The notes beneath the pieces were generated by a model. It ran no database searches, had not been told where the DNA came from, and saw only the letters and a list, made by a program, of their open reading frames with translations. A program made the position numbers and the translations under genes. Positions 1 through 12,420 of a stretch of 64,000 bases of DNA are shown one piece after another. Position 1 is the first letter of the stretch, and each line of letters begins with the position of its first letter. The stretch is from Octopus vulgaris (Eukaryota): the NCBI GenBank assembly GCA_951406725.2, contig OX597825.1, forward strand, positions 42,036,001 through 42,100,000, written 5' to 3'.

Positions 1-628
1 CATGTGTCTTATTGCTTATACATTTTACCTAATTTATCCTTAATTAGTAGTTTGGACTTTAGCTGTTCTTTCTAGCTTAAAGGAATCCTATGATGGAAAC
101 CTCTTAATGTGGTTAAATGTACACTGTATTTTATATGAATAATATATAGTCTATTGACTAATTTTTCTATACGCTAGGCCACTGGTAAAATCTTTATTAC
201 CTATATATATATATGTGTGCACGCGTTTGTGTGTGTGTGTGTGTATGTATATATGTATATATATATAATATAATATAATATAATATAAATTGGACAAGGG
301 CGATCGTTGTATTCTTTCCTGTCTTGAAGTTCACAGCCAAACTGCTGGGTGGGTTCACGTGAAAAATGGCATGCATGTGGAGATGGATGCATAGATTGGA
401 ATGCGATTGTATTTTTCCTAGCCCCCGTACTTACCGAGAAAATCAATTGAAACTTTTTTCTAATGGAATTCCCGTTTGTTCCTCCATTAATACAACCAGT
501 TGCTCCCACAGCCGGCATATACCATTTCGCTAGCAACAAGGGGAGTACAGGATGACAGTCAGCCAAAACTTTCGCTATGCTGTCTCTCTTCTTTCACTCT
601 TTGTGGGGTTAATAATCTTAATCTTTAG

Positions 629-630
<2 letters not shown>

Positions 631-708
<78 letters not shown>
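631..708. repeat. (CA)n microsatellite
   Basis: Near-perfect AC dinucleotide run; source of HTHT/VCVC ORFs. Confidence 0.97.
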
Positions 709-1195
709 GTCCATTTCATAAATCTTCTTTCAATTTCTGCTCTCTGCAAATAAAATCTTTTACGGATACAAATGCTTGCAAACACAGGGGTTAATGTACA
801 ATTTTTTTCTATGTTCATAATTAAATCAATGTTTTAATGATAGACACAGGTCCAATAGAATAGCTCTCAGAAACAGACTACGTACAAATACGTCAATCAT
901 CACGACACACACCTTCACTCACTCACTCTATCTCTCTTTCTCACCATCTTTCTTTCTCACAATGCACATGCACGCACACACACACACATCCATTTTATAT
1001 ATCTTCTTTCAATTTCTGCTCTCTGCAAATAACATTTTTACGGATAAAACTGCTTACAAAAATAGGGATTCATGTATAATTTCTTTCTATCTCTTGTTCT
1101 CTCTTTGTTCATAATTAAATCAATGTTTTAATGATGAGACACATGTCCAATAAAATAGCTCTCAGAAACAGACTACCAACAAATTCGTTCTTCAC
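709..1195. repeat. Diverged direct duplication, ~190-205 bp unit (709-900 vs 989-1195)
   Basis: Both copies read ccattt...atcttctttcaatttctgctctctgcaaataa...gttcataattaaatcaatgttttaatgat...atagctctcagaaacagactac, each preceded by a (CA)n run. Confidence 0.9.
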
Positions 1196-1382
1196 AATTC
1201 CTGAAGCTGTTTTCTGATAAGGTAGGGGAGGTAAGGAAATTTTCATACTACTGGAGACTCCAGTCGAAACAGGGGACACGAAAGGATAAGTTTGAGAAAC
1301 GCTGTTATAGATTATGCCTGACCGAAAACGATCACAGCCACATCATCCAAACAGACTGGGTGAAACTAGACTTAGCTGCTAG

Positions 1383-1417
<35 letters not shown>

Positions 1418-1525
1418 ATACAATGGGCTTCTTTTAGTTTCGGTCTTACGAAATCCACTCTCAAGGCTTTGGCTGGCCTGAAGCTATAGTTACCACATAG
1501 CCATGCCTGCATCTATATCATACAT

Positions 1526-1615
<90 letters not shown>

Positions 1616-2157
1616 ACACATATATAAAATATATATATAGATACATAAATATATATATATATTATATGTAGAAAAATACAAACTGGGACAAGAACGTAAA
1701 ACATTTAGAAGACGAAAAAAAAAACACGAAGCCTTCAATCTTCAGTCAAGAACCAGATCATCCTAACAATTTCGCTTGATTAATCTTGAGATCGCTCCGA
1801 TCCGGCCAGCCCCGAGGAAAAACTAAGCTATGAGCATTAGATTTCTTGGAAAAAGGATCGAATGTATACGAAACAGGGACAGAAAAATGGATGATGCCAC
1901 ACGAATATAAAATACAAAAAACAATACATATATATAGATATATTTATGTATACACACACATACATACATACATATATATATATATCAATATAGTATAAAA
2001 AATTTTTTTCAGAAAAAAATTTCATCAAAAATGACAGCATATTAAAATACTTTTAAAGGTTAAAATTATAAACAACTTATAAACAAGGGCAAAAGAAAAA
2101 TTATTTCTATGCCAATATGCTGAGAACAGACTATAAATCGTCAATTTCCACATTTCA

Positions 2158-2163
<6 letters not shown>

Positions 2164-2193
<30 letters not shown>

Positions 2194-2322
2194 TGTATGT
2201 ATGTATGTATGTATGCATGTATGTATGTATGTATGCATGTATGTATGTATGTATCTTTCTTGCCAACCCAATGCACACGCGCACACACACACACAGATAC
2301 ACACACACACACACACACACAC
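2164..2322. repeat. (ATGT)n then (CA)n microsatellites
   Basis: Direct reading of the sequence. Confidence 0.95.
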
Positions 2323-3046
2323 ATATCAAAAGCTTTATTTAGTTTTATTTTATTATTACAACTAGTACAACTTAATGGCAGTAAAAACTAATCTGTCCTA
2401 GCACCACTTAAACTAATATTCAAAGAAGGATTTGGAGCAGTTTATTATATTTGACTCAAATTGAAAATTCTGGTACTGTGCATGATTTCTATGCATAACA
2501 TAAAATGTATGTGTATGTGTGCATGTATACATGATATAAAGCTGATATATCTGTTATATCTGATATATCAGGACATATTCAGATATGTTTCCGCATACCA
2601 AATAAGAATACATTGTCAGCCATTCTGAACACAAGGCAATTTATTGTTACAATATATTTAAATACTCCAGTCACATGATGCCAATACAAAATGAATGGAC
2701 CAAAAAGGAACATACTTAATGCATTTTGATGCAGAATTCTGAAGTGTTCAGCAGGGTTAACACTATCTTAAATAAATTTTAAATTATCTCTCTGGTGTTG
2801 CTTCACAGTAACAGCAGTAGAATACAAAGTACATTATTGATATTCCATTACAAGTTTCTGTATTTTTTGTACTGTCTCCAGTGATATCATTTACATCTTG
2901 TTTCATGTGAGGGGTTGATCATTTTCCTACTCTTCTCAAAAAAGGTCTGTTACTTAATGATAACTTACAAAAGCTGACAAAACTGTTTTCAAACTGTAGT
3001 TGTAAAATGATTTTCAACTGTACATTTGTCAGTTGTTTCTGTTCAG

Positions 3047-3085
3047 GCAGTATTTACAGGGATCACATGAAGTGTAAAGTGAAAG
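3047..3085 (+). CDS. Candidate 39-nt phase 1-1 micro-exon of an unknown host gene
   Basis: Acceptor ttgtttctgttcag| and donor AAG|gtaagt; only one frame is open (xSIYRDHMKCKVK). No homology recognised. Confidence 0.2.
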
Positions 3086-3753
3086 GTAAGTACAAAATAC
3101 ATCAACAACACCTCCTGAGAGAACTATAAAAAATGTACAGAGATTTTACTCCAGATTTTGAGGGAAAATTAATAACCCTGAAATTTTATACTGTATGTCT
3201 TATTTACAAAATGGCATTCAAATTCATTTCTCACATTAAGTTACTGAAATCACTGCAACTGGTAAAAGTACCTGCTGCCTTAGCTGTTGCCATTGAAAGG
3301 CTCACCAAGACCTGGACCATGATCCTCATACTTATAACTGAAAATCGAAAAGTTGTCTCGGATATTATAACTATTTCAGTGAGAATATGCCAAGGTGACA
3401 GCCTACATGTTTCTGGAATATATTTTCTTTTTGTCATAAATCAATTATCATTTCTTTTGTGAAAATCTACTCACTATGTCCTAAAGTTTATAACAGCAAG
3501 AGGTACAAATATTATTCATAATTTCTTGTGGATTACTTTAAGGTCTGTGCTCGAAATATTTACAGTGCTGGAAACACAGCTCCCCAAATTCAAAGTCTCT
3601 TTGAAGGAAAAATAAGTTAAAATAAAGTGAAAGCATACATATTTACAGACATATATAACCTGCTGGAGAAAAGCATATGGGTAATATGTTACATGTAATA
3701 TCCAGCATATTTCAGAAAATGGTAAAGGCTCCAAAATGCTGCTAGTACAAATA

Positions 3754-5404
3754 CGAGGTCTGATCAATAAATATCCGGACTTTTACCATGGTAACAAAGC
3801 TAAAGCATGCAGAATGAAGCTTCTAGGCACAGATTGACCTTGGATTCTGCTGTGCATGTGCACTAAGTTTTAACTTTCTAGCTCACTTCTGCTGTTTACA
3901 GCAGTGTTTGGAAGGAGCATATGTAGCATGTGATTGTCACACTGACAATGACAGAAAAAGTTATCATAGCGATACCTGCTGAGAAACCTGCGCAAAGTTG
4001 AGAAAGTGTATGTGCAACACCCAAGTGTATGAGCAGTTCAGATGTTTTCAAGGTAGTCGAAAAACTGTTGATAATGACAAATGTTCTCGGAGATCTGCAA
4101 CCAGCAGAACTGAGGAAAACATTGCAGATGTGCATGCAGTTGTAAGAAGAAATCGTAGAATCACTATCTGTGAGTTATCAGAGGATGTGCAGATTAGTTA
4201 TGGTTTGGTTCACTTTATTATCACTGAAGATTTGGGTATGAGACAGGTGTCTGCCAAGTTTGTGCCAAAACTGTTTTCAGCTGACCAAAAAGACACTCGG
4301 GGTTTCAGTTGCATAATATCTCCTTGATTGAGTTGAGAACGATGAAAACATTTTGAAAACTTTGCATAGGCCTCTGAACAGATATCACCAAGCTTTTGTC
4401 AATATTTGATGCAGATTCTCTGCTCAACTTACTCTGTCATGCTCAATGCAATGATCACACACTACTCACATTCCTTTCAAGCACTGCTGTAAACAGGGAA
4501 GTGAGCTAGAACATTAAAATGGTCAATATAAAGATCCTTACCTGGGAAGAAAAAAAATTAACCAGCCTGGTGGATGTTAACAAGTGTGTGGAAAACAAAT
4601 ATGTTAAAAAAATGCATGCTGCCGACCCTAGAGGTTGGGGAGGGGATTTTCAGAAAATTTACAAGATCCGATTTTCCATCATAAATTCAGGTAAAATGGA
4701 TATACGTTGATTTTTGCTTACGGAATCCCAGATTTTTGGTTATGGAGGATCCGATGCTGGAAAAAAAGTTTTCAAAAATCGCATTTTCGAAATTTCATTA
4801 TGTTATTGCAGTTTTGTGAGATTTGGCTGTTATTTCTAGCATCTGGATAGCTGGTTTGAAAGTCTGAGGATATATATTCTTCTTTTTTTAGCTTGTTGAA
4901 AAATTGAAATTTTACAAACAAATATTTTTAAGAATCATGTATTTCGCAAAAAAAAAAAAAAATCCAGAAAAAGTGAATAATGAAGGTAATGGGGAGAGAA
5001 TTGAAATTTTAAAAATGCAAGTTTTGAAATTTTTTTTTTTCGGAATGGGATCCTCCATAGACAAAAAGTGGGATTCTGTAAAAAAAACAAAACAATATAT
5101 ATTCATTTTACCCAAATTTATGACAGGAAAATTGGATCTTGTGAATTTTCCAAAAGTCCCCCTCCTCGCCCCCCCAAGATCGTTAGTACGCATTCTTTTT
5201 TCATATTTGTTTTCCACACACTTGTTAGCACCCCAGGCTGGTTAATTTTTATTTTTGTTCCTGGGTAAAGGTCTTTATGTTGACCATTAAAACTTAGTGC
5301 ACATGCACAGCAGAGTCCAAGGTCAATCTGTGCCAAGCAGCTTGACTGTGTGCTTTAGTTTTGTTACTATGGAAACAGTTGGGATACTTATTGATCAGAC
5401 TATG
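3754..5404 (+). mobile_element. Mariner-derived fold-back element with long inverted arms and TA TSD
   Basis: TA|cgaggtctgatcaataaatatcc ... ggatacttattgatcagactatg|TA; ORF 3998-4327 gives the mariner HTH region (RRNRRITICELSEDVQISYG...LGMRQVSAKFVPKLFS); the right arm carries an inverted copy of the transposase start. Confidence 0.9.
4521..5285. mobile_element. MITE with ~280-bp TIRs and 8-bp TSD (Merlin- or MULE-like)
   Basis: Ends ggtcaatataaaga / tctttatgttgacc; flanks attaaaat (4513-4520) and attaaaac (5286-5293); removing it restores the mariner arm. Confidence 0.85.
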
Positions 5405-5982
5405 TATATGTGAGATGGACAACAAGCAAAATCTAGAGAATTAAAGGGCTGCTAATTTTCTATCTATATTGAGAAAATGTTCTGTAGAATCCTTCATGAC
5501 AGGAGGAAAAGTAAATTTAAGAAGTGATGAGCGTGTGCCTCTTTCATTTTAAACAAATAGAGATACATTTTAACTAATAACAGGGGAAGCCTGGCAGTTA
5601 AAGCTGGTAAAAGGGGCTTATGAAATAAATGGTGTGAAGTGCAAGATCCTGTAATCTGATAAGGAAACGATCACACTGGATATTTCTATAAATATGACAT
5701 AACACAGGGTTTGTATTGTTAATAGGAGAGTAGCAAATAGATTAGAAAATGTTAAAAATTAGGTTTTGCATCAGCTTAAACATTTCCCTGCAACTCATTT
5801 ACACTATACAACATACTTATTTTCCCTTTTCCTAATCACAACGTATACTTTGGAAGCATGGCTTAAAAAATCTGAAGGTTTACTGTTTGTGACAGCTTTT
5901 GACAACTAGCATCACAAGTGGTTAACAAATGAAGTAGCTCAACAACCTTGACATTAACAGCAGCAGATATATATATATATAT

Positions 5983-7195
5983 AATCATCGTAGTCGTTTA
6001 ATATTCGCTTTCCATGCTGTCATGGATTGGATGGTTTTACTGAGGGCTGGTGAGCCAGAAGGCTGCACCAGGCTCCAATCTGATATGACAAAGTCTCTAC
6101 AGCTGGATGCCCAACACTCCGAGAGTGTAGTCGGTGCTTCAATGTGCCACCGGCACGAGGGCCAGTCAGGTGTTACTGGTATCAACCATGCTCAAATAGT
6201 GCTTTTTACATGCCACCGGCACAGGAGCTAGTCAGGCGACACTTGCAATGACCACAATCGAATGGTACTTTTTACATGCCACCAGCACAGGAGCCAGTCA
6301 GGTAGCACTGGCAACAATCATGCTCAAATGGTGCTTTTAACATTCCACTGGCTTGGGTGCCAGTCAGGCGGTAGTGTCATTGGCCACAACAACAATTTCA
6401 CTTGCCGAAACAGGTCTTCACAAGCAGAGATTATTGCCCAATGCTTGAAAGGTACTCTTAAATGGACTGGTAAGTGGCCTAGTTATGCAGCACTGGCATA
6501 GGCCACAGTTATGGTCTTTCTTGGCTTTCCGGGTCTTCTCAAGACAGCATATCTCCAAAGGTCTTGGTCACTTGTCATTGCCTTGGAGAGGCCCAATGTT
6601 TGAAGGTCATGCTTCACCACCTCATCCCAGGTCTTCTTGGGTCTACCTCTTCCACATATCCTCAGCAGTCACAGCCCATGTTTCACTGCCATGTAGCATG
6701 GCTGTTTGTACACATGCGTTATACCTTTTACTCTGAGTGTGAGGCCCTTTGTCACCAGCAGAGGTAGGAGCTCTCTGAACTGTGTCCAGGATATTCTGAT
6801 TCTAGCAATACACTTTCAGAGCATCCACCCCCACTACTGACTTGGTCACCTAGGTAATGGAAGCTATCAACTACTTGTAGTTTTTCCTCCTGGAATGTGA
6901 TGGAAGCTGCTCTCTGCATATTTTCAGTGTTTATTGCTCCTTAGCATCTGTCACACACAAAACTATCTTTGCAGTTAGCCTTCCTTTGATATTACCTCAC
7001 CTCTTAAGTGTCCATAGCTTACACTGGGTACATGAGTTTCTACCCATGCTTTTTCTACAGATTGAGCAGGACCATCTACCTGAAGGGATTTGTGTTTTGT
7101 CAGCCTTACTACTTATTAAGACTTTGGTTTTTGCTAGGTTGACTCTAAGTCCAATTCTAGTCCTTGTTTCCACACCTGAGACTTCTCCTCTAGTT
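5983..7195 (-). mobile_element. RTE LINE family A, 5'-truncated copy
   Basis: Reverse complement of the 3' part of the 49.6-54.2 kb element, including PHD-coding remnants, the repeated 3'UTR and the GAT tail. Confidence 0.9.
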
Positions 7196-7345
7196 CTGAT
7201 AGTGACACAGCTAGATGTAAATAGGAAAAATAGAATTCAAAAACATGGGTATGTGTATGGATTGCGGGATGAATACATGCATGCATACACACATACATAA
7301 ATACATACATGCATACATACATACATACATACATACATACATACA

Positions 7346-7380
<35 letters not shown>

Positions 7381-7854
7381 GGAGTCTTGGATCTAGGGTT
7401 AGAAACTGATTCTTTTTCTATTGGCAAGAAATCTTGAAATAAGCTGCATAATGATATACATACAAACATACATACATACATACATACATACATACATACA
7501 GACAGTTATTAGTGTGGGATTACCAATATGGACAAAATATTTTATAAGCTCTCTCTTAGTAGATTAGGCTAACAATATTGTTTAGATTAGTAAAGAACTT
7601 TGCGTATTCCTGTGGCATATTGTAAATCCATGGTTGTGTTCCAGTTAGAGTGGTCTTTTACACAGAGTGATATACAAGACAAGGTATAAATAATGGTCAT
7701 TACATATTTTCCTTTATTGTAGTAAATTTGACTTACAGCTGTTTCCAGTAGTCATTATTGGTTTGTTATCGATAGGTTTACTCAATACTCGATAGGACCC
7801 AAAAAATAACATTTATATCTTGGCAGGCATCTAAAGAAGACATGCTCCACACTC

Positions 7855-8130
7855 TGGCCCACAGACATGCTGTCTCCTCTCTCTATCTTTTCTATCACTA
7901 TTCTAACAGCCTTTGCTCCTCAGACTCAGCTGTTCTCATACTTCCACTACTCAGGTATCAAACCACTACTTTTTGCACTTCCTGTCACCTAACAGGACCA
8001 TACCCTTTCCCCACCTAGCAACTATGCCAAACTCTTCATACCCAGAAAGTTACTCCTCTGGAATCTCTTACCCACTAATGTCTTTCTGGCACCTGTTGAG
8101 CTGCAAATGTTTAAACAAAACATAAACATT
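7855..8130 (+). mobile_element. 3' end of a Jockey/CR1/I-group LINE (decayed)
   Basis: Translation HAVSSLYLFYHY...FIPRKLLLWNLLPTNVF...FKQNIN resembles the C-terminal PRTxxLWNxLP motif. Confidence 0.6.
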
Positions 8131-8216
8131 CTCAGTCTTATGAGTTTTGGAAAGCATTCATTGACTCAACTCATTCCTCCAAATTCATCAAACAACGTAT
8201 AATACACACATACTTG

Positions 8217-8250
<34 letters not shown>

Positions 8251-8274
8251 TGTGTGTTTGTGTGTGTGTGTGTA

Positions 8275-8308
<34 letters not shown>

Positions 8309-8874
8309 CACACACATCTTTATTGTTTACCTTTTAGTATTTACTTATTTCAGTCTTTGAACTGTACCCATGCTGTGACATTGCCTTGACGGTGCCAATA
8401 CTTATTTCTAAGGCTGGCATTTATTCTAATTGTCTCATTTAATTAGTCCAACATTGGTTGTCAAGTAGTACTGGAGGTACACAACAACATGCACACTTAA
8501 ATGTACATATATATGTGTGTGTATGTATGAAAATAACAATATTTGCTTTTATGTTTAATTAAATTTTTTTAAATCCTACATTAATATGAAGGGTTACTCC
8601 TTACTTTTGTAGAGTACAAGTTTATTATTCTTATACAAGAATGTTGTTGACAGTGACTTTGAAGTTTCAGTCAACTATGAAATGATCAGACTGCAATGCA
8701 TTAAGTTAATAATGCTTTATATAATCTCTGTTAAAATAACATTGTTCTGGACTTTGTGAGGTTCAGTCGAACAGTAATTAGTTTATAGGGTAGGTTGTAA
8801 AGGAGAGCTGTTGTGGAGAATTATTGATTAAATTTGGGGTTGTGATTCTGTTTAGAATTTATTCATATGTATAG

Positions 8875-9420
8875 AACTTAACAGATGGCTTGCCTACAAC
8901 CCATGTGATGTCCCATGTGTCATGAAAAAAAGTATCCCCAAACTGCAATGGTTTTTGTGTGTGTCTCCAGTGAGAGTGATGTCTCTTTAAAGAGAGCATT
9001 AGGATCAATTCAAACAGCTATGTGAAGCTGCTGGTGACTGTGGTCAAACCCTGGTTGAAGAGGCCCAATTTCTGGCCTCCTAATTTCCATGATTTTAGTC
9101 TCATGGATTATTATATGTAGTGCATGGTTGACTAAGACACTGACCACTCTGCCTGCATCATCAAGGTCAAGCCGGTGGCCAAGATCAAGGAAATATTCAA
9201 GGATTTATCCAGGGACTCAGTGAAAAACACAGGCACCAAGTCCATGAACAATCTTGAGGACATGATGGAAGCTGAAAAGGGCTATTTCGAGCAGGCAGTT
9301 AGCTCCTGGTCAAAATCTCACTGATTTCTTTTGATTTTTTAAAATACTTATAGTTTTGGATGGGATATTGTGTTTTCTTTTCTTTTTATGCAAACTGTCA
9401 AATGTAGCCCAAACACCCTG
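8875..9420 (+). mobile_element. Tc1/mariner (maT/DD37D-like) transposase remnant with right TIR
   Basis: WLAYNPCDVPCVMK...MVF; FWPPNFHDFSLMDYY (WPPNSPDLNPLDY); ends ...aaacaccctg (CAGGGTG TIR). Confidence 0.75.
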
Positions 9421-9472
9421 CATGTAGATATGTGTGTATGTATGTGTAATTATGTATGTACATATGTGTGTT

Positions 9473-9521
<49 letters not shown>

Positions 9522-9542
9522 GTATATATGTATATATGTATC

Positions 9543-9574
<32 letters not shown>

Positions 9575-9604
9575 CATACATATATATACATATATACATA
9601 TGCA

Positions 9605-9752
9605 AGAGACTTTTTCAGTTTCTGTCTACCAAATCAATTCACAAGGCTTTGATTGGCCTGAAGCAATAGTAGAAGACGCTAGCCCAAGGCACCATGCAGT
9701 GGGGCTGAACCCAGAACCATATGGTAGGGAAGCAAGTTTCTTACCACACAGC
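9605..9752 (-). mobile_element. tRNA-derived SINE family A, head fragment
   Basis: Matches the 5' half of the copies at 37864-38262 and 45571-45940. Confidence 0.85.
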
Positions 9753-9839
9753 CAGGTCTTCACCTAGCCATATGTGTGTGTGTGTGTGTGTGTGTGTACA
9801 TATACATAATATAAAAAATACATATATATATATATAATG

Positions 9840-10410
9840 AGCAACATTCTGATAACACATAAATTCATCAAATGTTAGAGGCAACCTGAGTCACTGACAA
9901 ATACAAACACAACAACCACAAAACCAGTTGTTCAAAAATGTGGACATTTAAACTGTGGAACATGCTCCAATCTTCATGAAGGCTTGGAATTCCAACTCAA
10001 ACAAGGAGAGAGGTTAACAATTAAGACTAACTTCACTTGTGCATCCAAGAATTTAATTTATATTATAACTTGTTCAGGTTGTGAACATAGCTATACAGGA
10101 CAGAGAAGTATGGTACTTAGACGGAGAACCACACTACATAAGGAACAGATCCATTTCCCAAAGTATAGACTGATACCTTTGAGTGCTCACATAAAGAGAT
10201 GTGTAGAGAATCTCCAGCCAAATATCACAGTTTTTCCCATCTACCAGTGCAAAGAAACAATTTCTGTACAAGAACGGTTAAATATATATATATATTGATA
10301 GAAAGAGAGCAGTTTTGCCGATGGCTGGATAACTGAAGAGATGGCAGCATGGATTTCCACCCCGACATCCAAATCTTGGAGTTTTATCATGGCTACTGAA
10401 TAATTGTCAC
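9840..10410 (+). mobile_element. Penelope-like element GIY-YIG endonuclease fragment with degenerate downstream HHR
   Basis: KCGHLNCGTC...FTCASKNLIYIITCSGCEHSYTGQ...RRRTTLHKEQI; ctgaaga (10333)...gaataattgtc (10398-10408) downstream on the same strand. Confidence 0.8.
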
Positions 10411-11939
10411 ATATTACATTTACAGATATATATATTATTACATTTTTAATAATATACACTCTGGTGATAGATAATCAATTAATATCTGTCTTTCATTGAC
10501 ATTTTCAATGATTTTTCTGTAACAGTCTTTTCCCTTTTCTACCTGTCCTCGCATGGTATTTACTCATGGTGCAGGTACATGTCTGCAGGAGCACATCTCT
10601 TGTATTCTTGAGTGATAAGAAAACTTAGTTGTAATTATGGTGGTGATATGTGTCTTTATGATAGTGAACAGCCATGAGTGTTCATATTTATGTTTATTTT
10701 TCTGTTTCACTGTACGCATATATATATATGTATGTGTGTGTGTATAGGTATTATATATTATGTTATATATTGTATATATAATTATGTATGTGAGCATATG
10801 TGTGTTTTGTTTTGTTTCATTGTATGTATGCATCTTTACAAATATACATTTATATAAATATATATGTATGCATGCGTGTTTTTTTTGTGTGTCTCATTAC
10901 ATCTATGTACCTGTATGTGTGTGTGATTCTAGATATTATACATATCTGTATATGTCGGTTTTATTTTTGTTTCACTGTATGTGTATATTTATATGTGTGT
11001 GTGTATATATATATATGCATGTGTGTATGTGTGTGTGTCTGCGTGCGTGTTCTCAGGCATATAGACACTAACTATGCTAAACCAACAATTGTCTTTATTG
11101 TATTTTCCTGGTGTTTCTAGTACATAAAGAAAATTAAATAAACTCTACATAAATCTTCAACAGTGGAAATTGTGAGATTATTGTTTGTCAGATTATAAAC
11201 AGTCAGCAATAATCCTTCCTAAGAATATTTTGTTTTTTCTTCCTTCAATGGCCATTATTTAAAACAGTGGAGTAACATTGAAGTAAGGGAAAAATGAAAC
11301 TTATTTGAGATACTTTGCCTCCACTAATACTGCTACAAGTGATATTGTGCATAAGAATTTGATGGAATATCTTTTAAAATGTGTTTTATTCTTGTTGACA
11401 ATATTTTCATTTTGGCTTGAAATAGATTATTTCCGTTTTCTTTTTTTCTCATTACTTAAAGATTTTTTATAAATTTATTTCAACTTCAGTTTCATGAATC
11501 ATTATTGTGAGGAAATAAAAACAACATATGTAATTATTGTAGCATAAATATTAGCAGGCAGATGAAATGTTTAACAGTGTTCAATTTTGGCTCTCTTTTC
11601 TGACAAGATAACATTTTTAGATTGGGTTGATATAATGCTGCAAATGTACCCTGATACTTCACTAATGCTTTATTTTATCATCTACAGAAGAACTAAAGGT
11701 AAATTTGAATTCAACAGGATTTGAACTCAGGAGTCTTGATAAATTCTGTGAAGCATTTAAAGGGCCAATATTTTTTGTGATTGATCAATTAAATCAACTA
11801 CATTACTGGTTCTCATTTTGTGTTAATTAAATTAAAAATGTTTTTTTTTCCTGTTATTGCATCAAAATCATGTTTGTTAGCTTTTGTTCTCTGTTTTTCT
11901 AGCACTCTCTCAAACTCTTGCTGTGCTGGAAGTCCTTTG

Positions 11940-12420
11940 TTAAGTTCTCAGAGTCAAGGTTGGTTTCAGGTGCCTTGTCGTATGAATATGTTAAAATACT
12001 ATACTATTTTGTGTAAAATGCTATACTATTCCATCAGCCAACACACTATTTGGGTGAAAGTGAATTTCTGTTCCATCAAGACTGGCATAAATAAAGTGCA
12101 AAAGCAACAACTGCCTGTTCCTCTTATCATCTCATTAACATGGCCATGTAATTCACCTAACTGGCCTTTATTAAAATGGCCTTTATTAAACATGGCCTTG
12201 TAATTCACCTAACTGAAACTTTATAGAGGTTCTGCAGTTTATTGATTAAAGAAAGGGCCAACTTGCATCATATAAACCAGGTGGAATTAAAGGTTGCTGT
12301 CAAGACCACCTCAGTTACTATAACACCAGAGTCATGTCTTTTTCTATGCCATGTTGTATTGTAACAGATATTGTGAAATATCCAGTAAAAACTAATGTTC
12401 CATACCAATATTATAATCAT
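11940..12420 (+). mobile_element. Tc1-like transposase C-terminal remnant
   Basis: EFLFHQD..SAKAT, WPCNSPNWP (WPxNSPDLNP) and ELKVAVK...ITPE...SMP motifs across frameshifts. Confidence 0.55.

Larger units (their letters stand above)
3130..5960 (+). mobile_element. Old R4/Dong-like non-LTR retrotransposon remnant (RT), split by a mariner at 3754-5404
   Basis: ORF 3133-3462 has RT-like KMAFKFISHIKLL...ICQGDSL...NQLSFLL (KAFDSxxHxWL / QGDSLSP); WLKKSEGLLF resumes near 5860 after the insertion. Confidence 0.65.

Noticed and set aside
201-566. 121-aa ORF
   Set aside because: No recognisable domain, it ends in a microsatellite, and it is probably part of an unclassified repeat.
1250-1790. Hairpin followed by gaaac (about 1250-1270) and minus-strand gaaa...ctgaaga (about 1730-1775)
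   Set aside because: The core elements are not arranged with pairing stems.
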